DNA from: a virus
Strand: one strand, 5' to 3'
Length of the DNA: 39,989 bases
IMG/VR virus record: IMGVR_UViG_3300037473_000044
Part shown: piece by piece, positions 7,748-15,688 of the stretch
Layout: each line of letters starts with the position of its first letter
How positions within the stretch are numbered: position 1 is the first letter of the stretch
The notes under the pieces: model-generated
Databases searched by the model: none
What the model was told of the DNA's origin: nothing
The model's input: only the letters and a program-made list of their open reading frames with translations
Position numbers and translations under genes: made by a program

Positions 7748-9060
7748 GCGCCCCGCCGATTCAAGCCGACGACGCGGAACTGGCCGTGCTCGGCGCCGTG
7801 GTGATTCGGAACGAGGCGTTGGACGAAGTGCTCGACGTGCTCGAGCCGGAACACTTCCGGCGTGAGGCACACCGGCGCACGTTCGCGGCGATGCGGCTAT
7901 TACACCAGCAGCGGGAGCCGATTGACTACGTGCAGTTGCTGGCGGCGCTCGAAAAGTCCGGCGGGCTCGACCCCGAGATGCGCGCCTTTGTGAATCGGCT
8001 CGGGACCGGCGTGCCGCGGACGACGAACGTAATCGCCTACGCGAACCAGGTGCGCGAGAAGGCGCTGATTCGGGCGCTCGTGGCTGAGGCGCATCAGGTG
8101 ATTGCCGATGCGGAGTCCGCGCAGGTGAGCGGCGCCGAACTGCTCGAGCAGGCCGAGCAGGTGATTTACCGGCTGGGCTCGAAATCGGCGCGGACGGACT
8201 GGGTGTCTGGTGAGGAGTTGGCCGCTGAGTTGTATCCGCTTATCGAGCAGATGCAGCAACAGAAGGGCGTGGTGAGCGGCGTCCAAACGGGGATTCCAGA
8301 GTTAGACCGCATGACGCGCGGTTTCCAGCGCGGCGATCTCGTGCTGGTGGGCGCGCGTCCGAGCACGGGTAAGACCGCGATGGCGGAACAGTTCGCCATG
8401 CACGCGGCTGAGCGCGGGCAGCCGGTCGCGTTTTTCTCGCTCGAAATGGGGCGCGTGCCGCTCGGCTTGCGTGCCGTGACGGCGGCCGCCCAAGTGGACG
8501 GTTTTCGGCTGATGTCCGGGTATCTGTCGAATGTCGAGATGACGCGCGTGGGCGAAGGTCTGTCCCGGCTGGCGAACGCCCGGATCTGGTGGGACGACAC
8601 GCCGAGTGTTTCGCCGCTGCATGTGCGGTCGAAGTTGCGGCGGTTGCGCGCGAAGGCCGGGAACGTCGCGCTCGTGATTATCGACTACTTGCAGTTGATG
8701 CAGCCGTTGCCTGATGACCGGCGGCAGACGCCGACGTACCAGGTGGCCGGGATTTCGCGGGCGCTGAAGTTGCTCGCGCGTGAGTTCGACGCGCCGTTTG
8801 TCGTGCTCTCCCAGCTGAACCGTGGATCAGAACGGAGCGCGGAGAAGCGCCCCACGCTCTCAGATCTGCGCGACTCCGGGGCGCTCGAGCAGGACGCCGA
8901 CGTGGTGTTACTGCTGCACCGGCCGGAGATGTACGAACGCGACCGGCCGGAGTTGGTGGGCGTCGCGGAGTTGATTATCGGGAAGCAGCGTAACGGGCCG
9001 ACCGGCGTGCTGCATCTGCACTTTGAAAAGGCGCAAACCAAATTCCGGAGCGCATCGTGA
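7744..9060 (+). CDS. dnaB: Replicative DNA helicase DnaB
   Basis: Walker A is GARPSTGKT. Other conserved segments are IIDYLQLM, SQLNRGSE and LRDSGALEQDADVVLLLHRPE. The GTGA overlap is at 7744. Confidence 0.92.
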   Translation: MSAPPIQADDAELAVLGAVVIRNEALDEVLDVLEPEHFRREAHRRTFAAMRLLHQQREPIDYVQLLAALEKSGGLDPEMRAFVNRLGTGVPRTTNVIAYANQVREKALIRALVAEAHQVIADAESAQVSGAELLEQAEQVIYRLGSKSARTDWVSGEELAAELYPLIEQMQQQKGVVSGVQTGIPELDRMTRGFQRGDLVLVGARPSTGKTAMAEQFAMHAAERGQPVAFFSLEMGRVPLGLRAVTAAAQVDGFRLMSGYLSNVEMTRVGEGLSRLANARIWWDDTPSVSPLHVRSKLRRLRAKAGNVALVIIDYLQLMQPLPDDRRQTPTYQVAGISRALKLLAREFDAPFVVLSQLNRGSERSAEKRPTLSDLRDSGALEQDADVVLLLHRPEMYERDRPELVGVAELIIGKQRNGPTGVLHLHFEKAQTKFRSAS

Positions 9061-9117
9061 TGCGAAATCGAGTGGTGACGTTGATGCAGGCGGAGCGGGC
9101 GCTGCGGAGGAGCGCGG

Positions 9118-9372
9118 TTGCGAGCTAGGCGCACCGACGCCACGCAGAAGGCTATTGCCGCGGCCTTCCGGCAGTTGGGCTGGAAGGTGATCGACCTGAG
9201 CGCGGTGGGGAAAGGCTGCCCTGACCTGATGATTTCAAGAGCGGGCACCGTGCGGCTGATCGAGTGCAAGACAGACAAAGGCAAGTTGACGCCAGCCCAG
9301 CAAGAGCGGATCGCGGAAGGCTGGCCGGTGCAAATCGTCAGGCGCGTCGAGGACGCGGCCGAGGTGAGGTGA
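9118..9372 (+). CDS. VRR-NUC domain nuclease
   Basis: GCPDLMI...VRLIECKTDKGKLTPAQQ gives the D...ExK...Q signature. A TTG start is implied by the track and the exact start is uncertain. Confidence 0.6.
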   Translation: MRARRTDATQKAIAAAFRQLGWKVIDLSAVGKGCPDLMISRAGTVRLIECKTDKGKLTPAQQERIAEGWPVQIVRRVEDAAEVR

Positions 9373-9375
9373 GGG

Positions 9376-9606
9376 ATGGGACTGACGCAGGAAGAACTGA
9401 ACGCGGCGACGTTTATTCGCGGGTTGGTGGATCTCTGCTGCGTGAACATCAACCCGCAGTATGGCTACGGGCGCGAAACGATGGATTTGATTCGCCAGCA
9501 CGTGCGCGGTTGGGATTATCGCAACCGCCGAGAGTTGCGCGAAATCATGGAGCGCGTCATCGCGGAGTGCGAACTACCTGAACCAGCCACGTCCGAGGCT
9601 CAGTGA
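9376..9606 (+). CDS. Hypothetical protein
   Basis: ATG 9376 follows GAGG. The stop is coupled to the next gene. Confidence 0.55.
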   Translation: MGLTQEELNAATFIRGLVDLCCVNINPQYGYGRETMDLIRQHVRGWDYRNRRELREIMERVIAECELPEPATSEAQ

Positions 9607-9914
9607 TGACTCCCCTCACGGTGGCTCGGCTGGCGGAGGCGGAGCGGATCTTGGCCGTGACCAATTCCTGCAAGTCCGGCCATATCGACGGATGCGCGAT
9701 GTGCGCGAGCGATCGCTTGAAGCTATCCCGCACGCTGCTCCCCGATCTCCTGGCCCTCGTGCAGGGGTTGGTGGGGCTGCGACTGGAGATTCGGAAGCAA
9801 ATCGCAGAGTTGGAGCGACTACATGTGGTGTGGGGCTTTGAGGGCGCCCCGTTTGACGCAGAGTTGCGGTTGCTGCGTCAATTCGAGGCGTTGATCCCGA
9901 AGGGAGACGAGTAG
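9603..9914 (+). CDS. Hypothetical protein
   Basis: The start is the GTGA overlap at 9603, or the ATG at 9606. The ORF is 103 aa. Confidence 0.55.
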   Translation: MMTPLTVARLAEAERILAVTNSCKSGHIDGCAMCASDRLKLSRTLLPDLLALVQGLVGLRLEIRKQIAELERLHVVWGFEGAPFDAELRLLRQFEALIPKGDE

Positions 9915-9916
9915 CG

Positions 9917-10081
9917 ATGGCGAAGGAATGTATTTTCTGGTTGGTCTGGAACCCGAGCGGCGCCACGCCGACGGTCCGGCATCCGACGCTAGAGGCCGCG
10001 CAACGCGAGCCGGAAGAATGCGGCTATGTCTCTGAAGCCCTCCTAGCCGCTGGCCTCATCCGCGAGGACGATCCCGCATGA
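9917..10081 (+). CDS. Hypothetical small protein (54 aa, below the ORF-track cutoff)
   Basis: I translated it by hand as MAKECIFWLVWNPSGATPTVRHPTLEAAQREPEECGYVSEALLAAGLIREDDPA. It starts 3 nt after the upstream stop and ends in an ATGA overlap with the next gene. Confidence 0.45.
   Translation: MAKECIFWLVWNPSGATPTVRHPTLEAAQREPEECGYVSEALLAAGLIREDDPA
10061..10081 (+). repeat. 21-bp direct repeat CGCGAGGACGATCCCGCATGA, copy 1
   Basis: Exact copy of 10240-10260. It spans a stop/start ATGA junction. Confidence 0.9.
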
Positions 10082-10260
10082 AACGAGCGGTGCCAAGACG
10101 CCATCTCTGGCGGCGCAACGAGCGGGCCGCGTTCAAGGGCGAACGAGCGCGTGACCGTGAATGGTGGAAGCCGCTGGCGCTACTGCCGGAACGCATCAGG
10201 ATTCACGGGCGACGACTGTCGAGACTGCTGACTCGGACACGCGAGGACGATCCCGCATGA
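10078..10260 (+). CDS. Hypothetical basic protein (60 aa)
   Basis: ATGA overlaps at both ends. The gene is exactly bracketed by the 21-bp repeats. Confidence 0.45.
   Translation: MKRAVPRRHLWRRNERAAFKGERARDREWWKPLALLPERIRIHGRRLSRLLTRTREDDPA
10240..10260 (+). repeat. 21-bp direct repeat CGCGAGGACGATCCCGCATGA, copy 2
   Basis: Exact copy of 10061-10081. Confidence 0.9.
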
Positions 10261-10415
10261 GCGCCAGCGAGCAGGCCCGTCTCACGATCCGGCTGCTGAC
10301 GTCCGCCCGTCGCGTGTGGGATCGCGGTGGGCATCAGGGACTGGATCAGTGGCTGACTCGGCGGATCGCCCAAGCGCGGAAGCAGAAGCCGAGACGGAAA
10401 GCGAGGAGAGGATGA
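10257..10415 (+). CDS. Hypothetical small protein (52 aa)
   Basis: ATG 10257 sits in an ATGA overlap and is in frame with track ORF 10161-10415. Confidence 0.4.
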   Translation: MSASEQARLTIRLLTSARRVWDRGGHQGLDQWLTRRIAQARKQKPRRKARRG

Positions 10416-10630
10416 GCCGTCGCCGATTTTTTCGTGGCGTGCGCGTGCTGTTGGAGTGCGGACACGTCAAGACGCTGCCGTCTTCGTATTGGCGGCTGAC
10501 GCCCGATCTTGTGGCGACGCTCTTTCAACACGCATTCAGAGGCGGGACGTGGTGCCATCTGTGCCCGCACGGAGGCATGGCGATGCCAACTGAAATTCTC
10601 GGCACCTGCAGAATTGAGGAGGCCCGATGA
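10412..10630 (+). CDS. Hypothetical Cys/His-rich protein
   Basis: ATGA overlap at 10412. The Cys/His pattern is ECGH...WCHLCPHG. Confidence 0.45.
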   Translation: MSRRRFFRGVRVLLECGHVKTLPSSYWRLTPDLVATLFQHAFRGGTWCHLCPHGGMAMPTEILGTCRIEEAR

Positions 10631-10824
10631 CCGACACCCTGCGCGCGGAGCGGGGATGCCGTTGCGATTGCGTGAACTGCGTTACTGGCAATCACGACGG
10701 CTGCTATTACCGGCCAGGTGAATGCGCGCTCAAAGCCGAGGCGCCGCCGCTGACGTGCATTCATGGTGTGTTGCTGACGCGGCCATGTGTCGGCTGTGAC
10801 ACGCCATCCGAGGAGAAGGACTGA
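10627..10824 (+). CDS. Cys-rich small protein (10 Cys in 65 aa)
   Basis: ATGA overlap at 10627. The Cys pattern is CRCDCVNC...GC...EC...C...CVGC. Confidence 0.5.
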   Translation: MTDTLRAERGCRCDCVNCVTGNHDGCYYRPGECALKAEAPPLTCIHGVLLTRPCVGCDTPSEEKD

Positions 10825-10825
10825 T

Positions 10826-11524
10826 ATGCCGCATTTTATTCGACCAAACCCGAAGCTACTCAGGGACGACGAGCCCGTCACCCCTCCGGCGACGCCGCCC
10901 CCGCCGACAGGGGAGATGCTCGACATCGAACATGAACTCCGGTGCGAGTGGTGGCTCGGTCACGGCTGCGACATTGCCGCGCTCTACGCAGATGATGGTG
11001 AGATGCAGTGCAGCGCGTGCCGCAAGGACTTCCTCCGAGACGACCTTCTGACGCTCAGGTTGCATGTGCAGGACCGTCGATTGACGCGCGCAGCTGAGGC
11101 GCTGACCGACTCGGGGGAGGCGGCGCGGCCCGCACAGGGGACGACGCCTGAGCTTGACCATGTGCTCGATTGGGTCGGCCGGATGATCGCGCGCATGGGT
11201 GAAGTGGCTAAGACCGATTGGGACGCTGGATACATCACGGCGCTGCGAGCCGTGCAATCGGAGTCGTTTGTCGCGCGCCACAACTCGCACGTCACACAAA
11301 AGCAGTCGGCCCCGGTCCTCCCCCCGGCGCTCACGCGCGAGACGGCAGTAGATGCGCTAGAGAACGTGCGCCTCGCGGCTGCGCGCGGTCGTTGTTATGG
11401 ACACCAAGCGACACCGCAAACGCTGGAGCGAATGGTTGAGCAGAAAGACAAGGCGTTTGACGCGATCTTGAAATATTGCGCGGACGCTGGCGTGGTTGGC
11501 AGCATTCTCCGAGGAAAACCATGA
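10826..11524 (+). CDS. Hypothetical protein
   Basis: ATG 10826 follows AGGAGAAGGA and starts 2 nt after the upstream stop. It is in frame with track ORF 10787-11524. Confidence 0.6.
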   Translation: MPHFIRPNPKLLRDDEPVTPPATPPPPTGEMLDIEHELRCEWWLGHGCDIAALYADDGEMQCSACRKDFLRDDLLTLRLHVQDRRLTRAAEALTDSGEAARPAQGTTPELDHVLDWVGRMIARMGEVAKTDWDAGYITALRAVQSESFVARHNSHVTQKQSAPVLPPALTRETAVDALENVRLAAARGRCYGHQATPQTLERMVEQKDKAFDAILKYCADAGVVGSILRGKP

Positions 11525-12180
11525 CCCGCGAGTCTTTGGAGCAGGCGGTGCGGGAGGCGCTGACGAAGTGTCCGAACTGCGGTCACGAGCCGCACAAGCC
11601 CATGGAGTGCGACAACCTCGGTCGCGACACCATTTGCGACTGCGGGCTCCCGTTCTTTGGTTCAGAGCCCATCGAGGCGTCGCTCGTGGCGACCGTGCTG
11701 GACGTGACCGAACAGCAGATGAAGCGATACGACGAGTACCCGGAAGGGAGCGTGGAGCGTCGGCAGATGGCGTATGCGGTTGGCATCGTCCAGGCCATCC
11801 GCGAACAACTGAAATTGGCACGTCGCCCTAAGCTGGCCCCGGTCGTCGCGGCCCCAGCGGGACAGACGCCGACGCCGTTGCCATGCGCCTGGTGTGGAAC
11901 CGTCCCGCATCCGGCCAGCTACATCATCGAAGAAATGCTGGAGCGCGATTGGTCGAGCGGGGATGTTGCGCGCAGAATGCCCGGCGATTACGGCGTCAAC
12001 AAGCTGGCGCTCGACATGCTCCTCATGGTTGGCCCGCACGACCGCAACGCCTTGATCGGCGATGACATGGACGCTGGGCTCTGTGAAGCCTTCGGCGTGT
12101 CGAAAGGAATGTTCACCAGGCTTGAAAAGGCGTGGCGCGATTCGCTGCCTGCCGCCCCCGCTGGCGAGGAGAGAACGTAG
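11521..12180 (+). CDS. Zinc-ribbon protein with a C-terminal HTH-like (HigA/XRE-like) region
   Basis: ATGA overlap at 11521. The N-terminus carries CPNCGH...CDN...CDCG. The C-terminus IIEEMLERDWSSGDVARRM...CEAFGVSKGMFTRLEKAW loosely resembles antidote-type HTH domains. Confidence 0.5.
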   Translation: MTRESLEQAVREALTKCPNCGHEPHKPMECDNLGRDTICDCGLPFFGSEPIEASLVATVLDVTEQQMKRYDEYPEGSVERRQMAYAVGIVQAIREQLKLARRPKLAPVVAAPAGQTPTPLPCAWCGTVPHPASYIIEEMLERDWSSGDVARRMPGDYGVNKLALDMLLMVGPHDRNALIGDDMDAGLCEAFGVSKGMFTRLEKAWRDSLPAAPAGEERT

Positions 12181-12378
12181 ATGGACGTTCACGTGCCTGT
12201 GGCGTTAATTGCCTGCTTTGTCTCACTGATGCCGTTCGTCGGCTGGTGGCTGGGAAATCTGATCGATCCGCCGACAGGCTCATTTCTGCCGTTGCCGTCA
12301 TTTGCGGGTATCGCCATTTTCTTACTGCTGGCCGGCCTGTGCTGGGGCGGCTTGGTGGTGTGGTTGGTGATGCGATGA
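12181..12378 (+). CDS. Small two-TM membrane protein
   Basis: The ATG comes immediately after the upstream TAG and GAGGAG lies upstream. There are two hydrophobic stretches, VALIACFVSLMPFVGWW and FAGIAIFLLLAGLCWGGLVVWLV. Confidence 0.55.
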   Translation: MDVHVPVALIACFVSLMPFVGWWLGNLIDPPTGSFLPLPSFAGIAIFLLLAGLCWGGLVVWLVMR

Positions 12379-12398
12379 AGCTCGCGGAGCGGCCCTAG

Positions 12399-12575
12399 GT
12401 GGCCCGCAAACGCGCCCACCGCGTCCCGGAGGCCCAGCAGCGCCGCCGCGCGAAGGCGGAACAGGTGACGCACGCCCTGGACGATCTCGGCTACTTGGCA
12501 CCAGACGCTTATCGACCCCATGTGGCGAGAGCCATCCACGACGCCGTGTGGGGGAGAAAGAAGGGACGAGGATGA
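12399..12575 (+). CDS. Possible small basic protein (58 aa, GTG start)
   Basis: I translated it by hand as VARKRAHRVPEAQQRRRAKAEQVTHALDDLGYLAPDAYRPHVARAIHDAVWGRKKGRG. It ends in an ATGA overlap with the ATG at 12572 and is not in the ORF track. Confidence 0.3.
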   Translation: MARKRAHRVPEAQQRRRAKAEQVTHALDDLGYLAPDAYRPHVARAIHDAVWGRKKGRG

Positions 12576-12946
12576 AACCGCTGATCACGATGAGCGAGGT
12601 AGACAGGCTGGCCGCGCTTAGCTTCTGCGACTTCGTGCCGAAAACGGCCGAGACGAAGATGATCGGTAAGCTCGTGGATGAACTCGACGCCCAGCGGGCC
12701 GAGACACCACGGGAGCAGCCAGATGATCTCGTCAGCCTTCAGCTCAAGCTCGACGCCGCCACCACAGCAGTCGCACGCATGGGCGCTGAATTAGCCCGTG
12801 TGCGGCAGGAGGCGATCGACCAGTGCATCGCCGCCATTGACCACATCACGCCAGGCTACGGCTTGCTCATGGCAAGAGAGCGGCTGGAAGCCCTGCGCGA
12901 TCCCCCACCCCTCCCTCGACAAGACGGGGGACAGGGAGAGGGCTAG
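12572..12946 (+). CDS. Hypothetical protein (last gene of the + strand operon)
   Basis: ATG 12572 (MKPLITM) follows GGACGAGG and is in frame with track ORF 12548-12946. Confidence 0.55.
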   Translation: MKPLITMSEVDRLAALSFCDFVPKTAETKMIGKLVDELDAQRAETPREQPDDLVSLQLKLDAATTAVARMGAELARVRQEAIDQCIAAIDHITPGYGLLMARERLEALRDPPPLPRQDGGQGEG

Positions 12947-14412
12947 CGCGTCAGTTTCACGAAGCCGAGCCGCGGCTGTTCCGTGACACGCCATCCGTCT
13001 CGAGGTACGGCACTCCAGCCCGAAGACGGTCGTATCGCGATGGCGTGCTCGTAGGCGCCGACACGTTTGGCGAACGTCCGTAGGGCCATCGGCTCGACGC
13101 CTTCGCCCAAGTCCCGATGCTCCAGCGGCATGTCGCCCACGCCGGCCCCGCCACCGGCCCCGCCACGCTGATACGGCGCCAACTGGGCCTCTGGTGGCAC
13201 CCAGCGCGCGGCCCACGTCCACGCCTTCGCTGCGGCCTTCTGGACGGGCTGAAAGAGCCGTGAGGCCACGCCGTCGTCTGAGTGGAACGTGGACCCGGCC
13301 GCGAACATCTGCATCCCAGCGGCGAACCAAGCCGCGTCATTGGCATCCGTGGCACGCGAGCCCGGCCGAGCGACTTCCGCAAAGCCGATCGGCTCATTCG
13401 CCACCACGGGTACCTTCAGTGCGTCGACGATCTCGCCGTAGCCTCTGACGGTGCGCGGCCACTCCTCTTTCCGCTCGTGGTCGTGCGGCTCGAGATAGTC
13501 GAGAATCTTCCAGACCTTTGGAATGTCGCCATCGGGCAACTTCGTCCCGTAGGTGCGTGGCCCGAGCGCGGGGTCAATCGTGTAGCTCTCGGCGTCCTCA
13601 AAGTTTTTAAAGGCTTCGTTGCTCAAACTATGATTCACGCCCCAGGTGCCAAGCAACGCGGCCCGGATGGCGTCGATGTGCGCCTGCCTCGAGGTGCGGT
13701 CGGTCATCAAGCCGCCCGTGCCGTCTGAGCGGGCATCGGCGTCAGCGAAGTACACGAACTCGATCCGCAGGCCGCGCGATTGCGTCTCGTCTACGAACGC
13801 GCGCAGTTTCCGGTAGTAGTCGGGCGTGTTGGCCGGTGTGAACTCGCCCAAACCAGACGCTTGCGGCCCGCCGATCCCGAAGCGGTCGAACATCCCGAAC
13901 ACGCGCAGGAGGTTGAACCCGAGCATGATCCGCTCGTCCAGAATGGGGCCGATGTTCTCGCCTCTGGCGTAGCGGGCGAACAGCGCGAAGTCCGAGCAGC
14001 CGATCCACGGGAATATCGAGCCGTCCTCGCGTTTGAACAGCGTGTGGTCGACGTGCAGCGGGCCTTTCTCGCCGGCCGAGATCACCGCTGGCCGCGGGAG
14101 CGCCACCATCTCAAACGGCACGAGCACTGTGGGGTCCACAAAGTCGCTCACGGGACGCCACTGGGCCACGTAGCCGGGCACATTGACGACGACATTCAGC
14201 CCTTGCCCGAACAGGCCCGGTGTCACGGGATACGTCAGCCGGCCGTCGAAGCTGGCCGTTACCAGCCCGTTCAGCGTGATCTGCCCGGACAAGGGAGAGC
14301 CAGTCACGCTGTCACGCGCCGACATCGTGAGCTGCATTTGCGCCGGCCGCTTCGGCGGTGGCGACGGCCGACGCTTGGCAAAGAGCGCGGCGAGGGCGCC
14401 CCACAGGCTCAC
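12943..14412 (-). CDS. Glycoside hydrolase, clan GH-A (GH5-like TIM barrel) with an N-terminal beta-rich domain; candidate lysin or depolymerase
   Basis: GFNLLRVFGMF, LSNEAFKN and VVANEPIGFAE are NE(P)-type motifs typical of clan GH-A barrels. It is the last gene of the late operon, just after holin-like genes. Confidence 0.5.
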   Translation of the reverse strand: MSLWGALAALFAKRRPSPPPKRPAQMQLTMSARDSVTGSPLSGQITLNGLVTASFDGRLTYPVTPGLFGQGLNVVVNVPGYVAQWRPVSDFVDPTVLVPFEMVALPRPAVISAGEKGPLHVDHTLFKREDGSIFPWIGCSDFALFARYARGENIGPILDERIMLGFNLLRVFGMFDRFGIGGPQASGLGEFTPANTPDYYRKLRAFVDETQSRGLRIEFVYFADADARSDGTGGLMTDRTSRQAHIDAIRAALLGTWGVNHSLSNEAFKNFEDAESYTIDPALGPRTYGTKLPDGDIPKVWKILDYLEPHDHERKEEWPRTVRGYGEIVDALKVPVVANEPIGFAEVARPGSRATDANDAAWFAAGMQMFAAGSTFHSDDGVASRLFQPVQKAAAKAWTWAARWVPPEAQLAPYQRGGAGGGAGVGDMPLEHRDLGEGVEPMALRTFAKRVGAYEHAIAIRPSSGWSAVPRDGWRVTEQPRLGFVKLTR

Positions 14413-14414
14413 GC

Positions 14415-14741
14415 CTATGCCGCCTTCGCCATCGCGATAAACGCAGCGGCCTTCTCGTACGCCTCAACGGCTTTGGCTTCTGCGTTCTTCGCCGCCACGA
14501 TGGCATCGACCGCCGCCGAGTAGGCGGCACGCGCCTCATCCTGCTTGTCAGCCGGCAGCAAGGCGATTTCCGCTTCGAGGGCTTCCATCACCGCCGCCTT
14601 CTTGTCCGAGCCTGAGCCGCCGAGTTTTTCCGCCAGCGTGATCAGCGGGACGAACGGTCCGAAATGGACCGGATCGATCGCCGCCGCAATGCCGAGCCCT
14701 TTGAGGGCGCCTTTCCCGATCTTTTTCCAAGGGATACCCAT
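14415..14741 (-). CDS. Hypothetical lysis-cassette protein (Ala-rich helical, weakly hydrophobic N-terminus)
   Basis: TAATG overlap with the upstream gene at 14741. The ORF is 108 aa. Confidence 0.55.
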   Translation of the reverse strand: MGIPWKKIGKGALKGLGIAAAIDPVHFGPFVPLITLAEKLGGSGSDKKAAVMEALEAEIALLPADKQDEARAAYSAAVDAIVAAKNAEAKAVEAYEKAAAFIAMAKAA

Positions 14742-15136
14742 TAGACACTTCCTGTCAGGAGTGGGAACTTGCCTTCAAGTTTCCCGAAAATGGTCACGAG
14801 GTCTTTGAGAAAGCCGAAACCAGCCGCGCCGAGACTGAGGTCCGCGCACGTTTTAACGAGCGCGATGAAGTCATGCGCCGGCAACACCTCATTGCCGAGC
14901 GGCGTCATCGCGGCCCCGATGAGTCCCACGAGCGTCACCAGATACAGGTTGATGAAGCGCACGATGATCGCCATGACCGGCGTCACGATGGTCACCACGA
15001 GATTGGGCTGAGACGCGCTCGGCGTCGTGGCCGTGGTGCCGCTCACCAGGGGAGTGCCGCCGTCGCCTGTGCCGATGATGGCAACCTTCACCGGCTCCAT
15101 CGGCTCGGCCGATGTCATCTTCTGGCTGTCAGTCAT
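14741..15136 (-). CDS. Multi-TM membrane protein, holin candidate
   Basis: ATG 15136 (MTDSQKM) forms a TAATG overlap with the upstream 44-aa ORF. Hydrophobic segments are LVVTIVTPVMAIIVRFINLYLVTLVGLIGAAM and LSLGAAGFGFL. Confidence 0.55.
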   Translation of the reverse strand: MTDSQKMTSAEPMEPVKVAIIGTGDGGTPLVSGTTATTPSASQPNLVVTIVTPVMAIIVRFINLYLVTLVGLIGAAMTPLGNEVLPAHDFIALVKTCADLSLGAAGFGFLKDLVTIFGKLEGKFPLLTGSV

Positions 15137-15270
15137 TAACGGCCCCAAACCTGGATCAAGCAGATGACGCACAGGACGAACACGGCCGTCCACAGCGGCG
15201 CCTTGCCCGCCGCAGACGCCACCGTGAGCCCCGTGGCGAGAAGCGCGAGAAGCGGAATCAGTCCAATCAT
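15136..15270 (-). CDS. 44-aa two-TM membrane protein (below the ORF-track cutoff)
   Basis: I translated it by hand as MIGLIPLLALLATGLTVASAAGKAPLWTAVFVLCVICLIQVWGR. AGGAGA lies 7 nt upstream of the ATG at 15270. Confidence 0.5.
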   Translation of the reverse strand: MIGLIPLLALLATGLTVASAAGKAPLWTAVFVLCVICLIQVWGR

Positions 15271-15280
15271 GGTCAGTCTC

Positions 15281-15688
15281 CTAAGCCGCAGGGTTTTCGA
15301 TGGCGATCCATATCAGCCGGTCCGCCGCTTTCGCCAGTTCCATGTCCGCCTGCAATTGCTCCACGGCGGGACGTGACTGCACGAGGTTCACGCCAGACCG
15401 CTGCACGCCTAACAGCACGCAGCCGGCCGTGTCGTCCTTGGTATTGCCCGCGTGGATGCGGACGCCGGTAAAGCCCGGCACGTCGACCAGCTCAGGCAGA
15501 ACCCTGTTGAACTTGGGGCTCCACGTCAGGCGAATCTGATAACGCCCTTCGGGGATGCACGTCCGGCCCGGCACCTTGACATCGCTGATTTCGTCCTCGA
15601 GCGAGAACGCGCGGAAGCGGCCATCAACAAACAGCACGCCAAGCGTGGCCCCGAGCAGCGACGGTTCGCGGATGAGTCGGAGATTCAT
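15281..15688 (-). CDS. DUF5675-like protein (H-x-G-N ... G-C motif)
   Basis: GVLFVDGRFRAFSLED...IPEGRYQIRLTWSPKFNRVLPELVDVPGFTGVRIHAGNTKDDTAGCVLLG matches my recollection of the DUF5675 family pattern. The start is an ATGA overlap at 15688. Confidence 0.55.
   Translation of the reverse strand: MNLRLIREPSLLGATLGVLFVDGRFRAFSLEDEISDVKVPGRTCIPEGRYQIRLTWSPKFNRVLPELVDVPGFTGVRIHAGNTKDDTAGCVLLGVQRSGVNLVQSRPAVEQLQADMELAKAADRLIWIAIENPAA

Noticed and set aside
9060-9128. 22-codon ATG ORF between dnaB and the VRR-NUC gene
   Set aside because: It is too short, has no motif, and is in a different frame from the VRR-NUC ORF. It is probably just spacer sequence.
8685-9452. 255-aa - strand ORF overlapping the 3' end of dnaB and the VRR-NUC gene
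   Set aside because: It is antisense to a gene with unambiguous DnaB motifs and has a low-complexity Ser/Arg/Cys composition.
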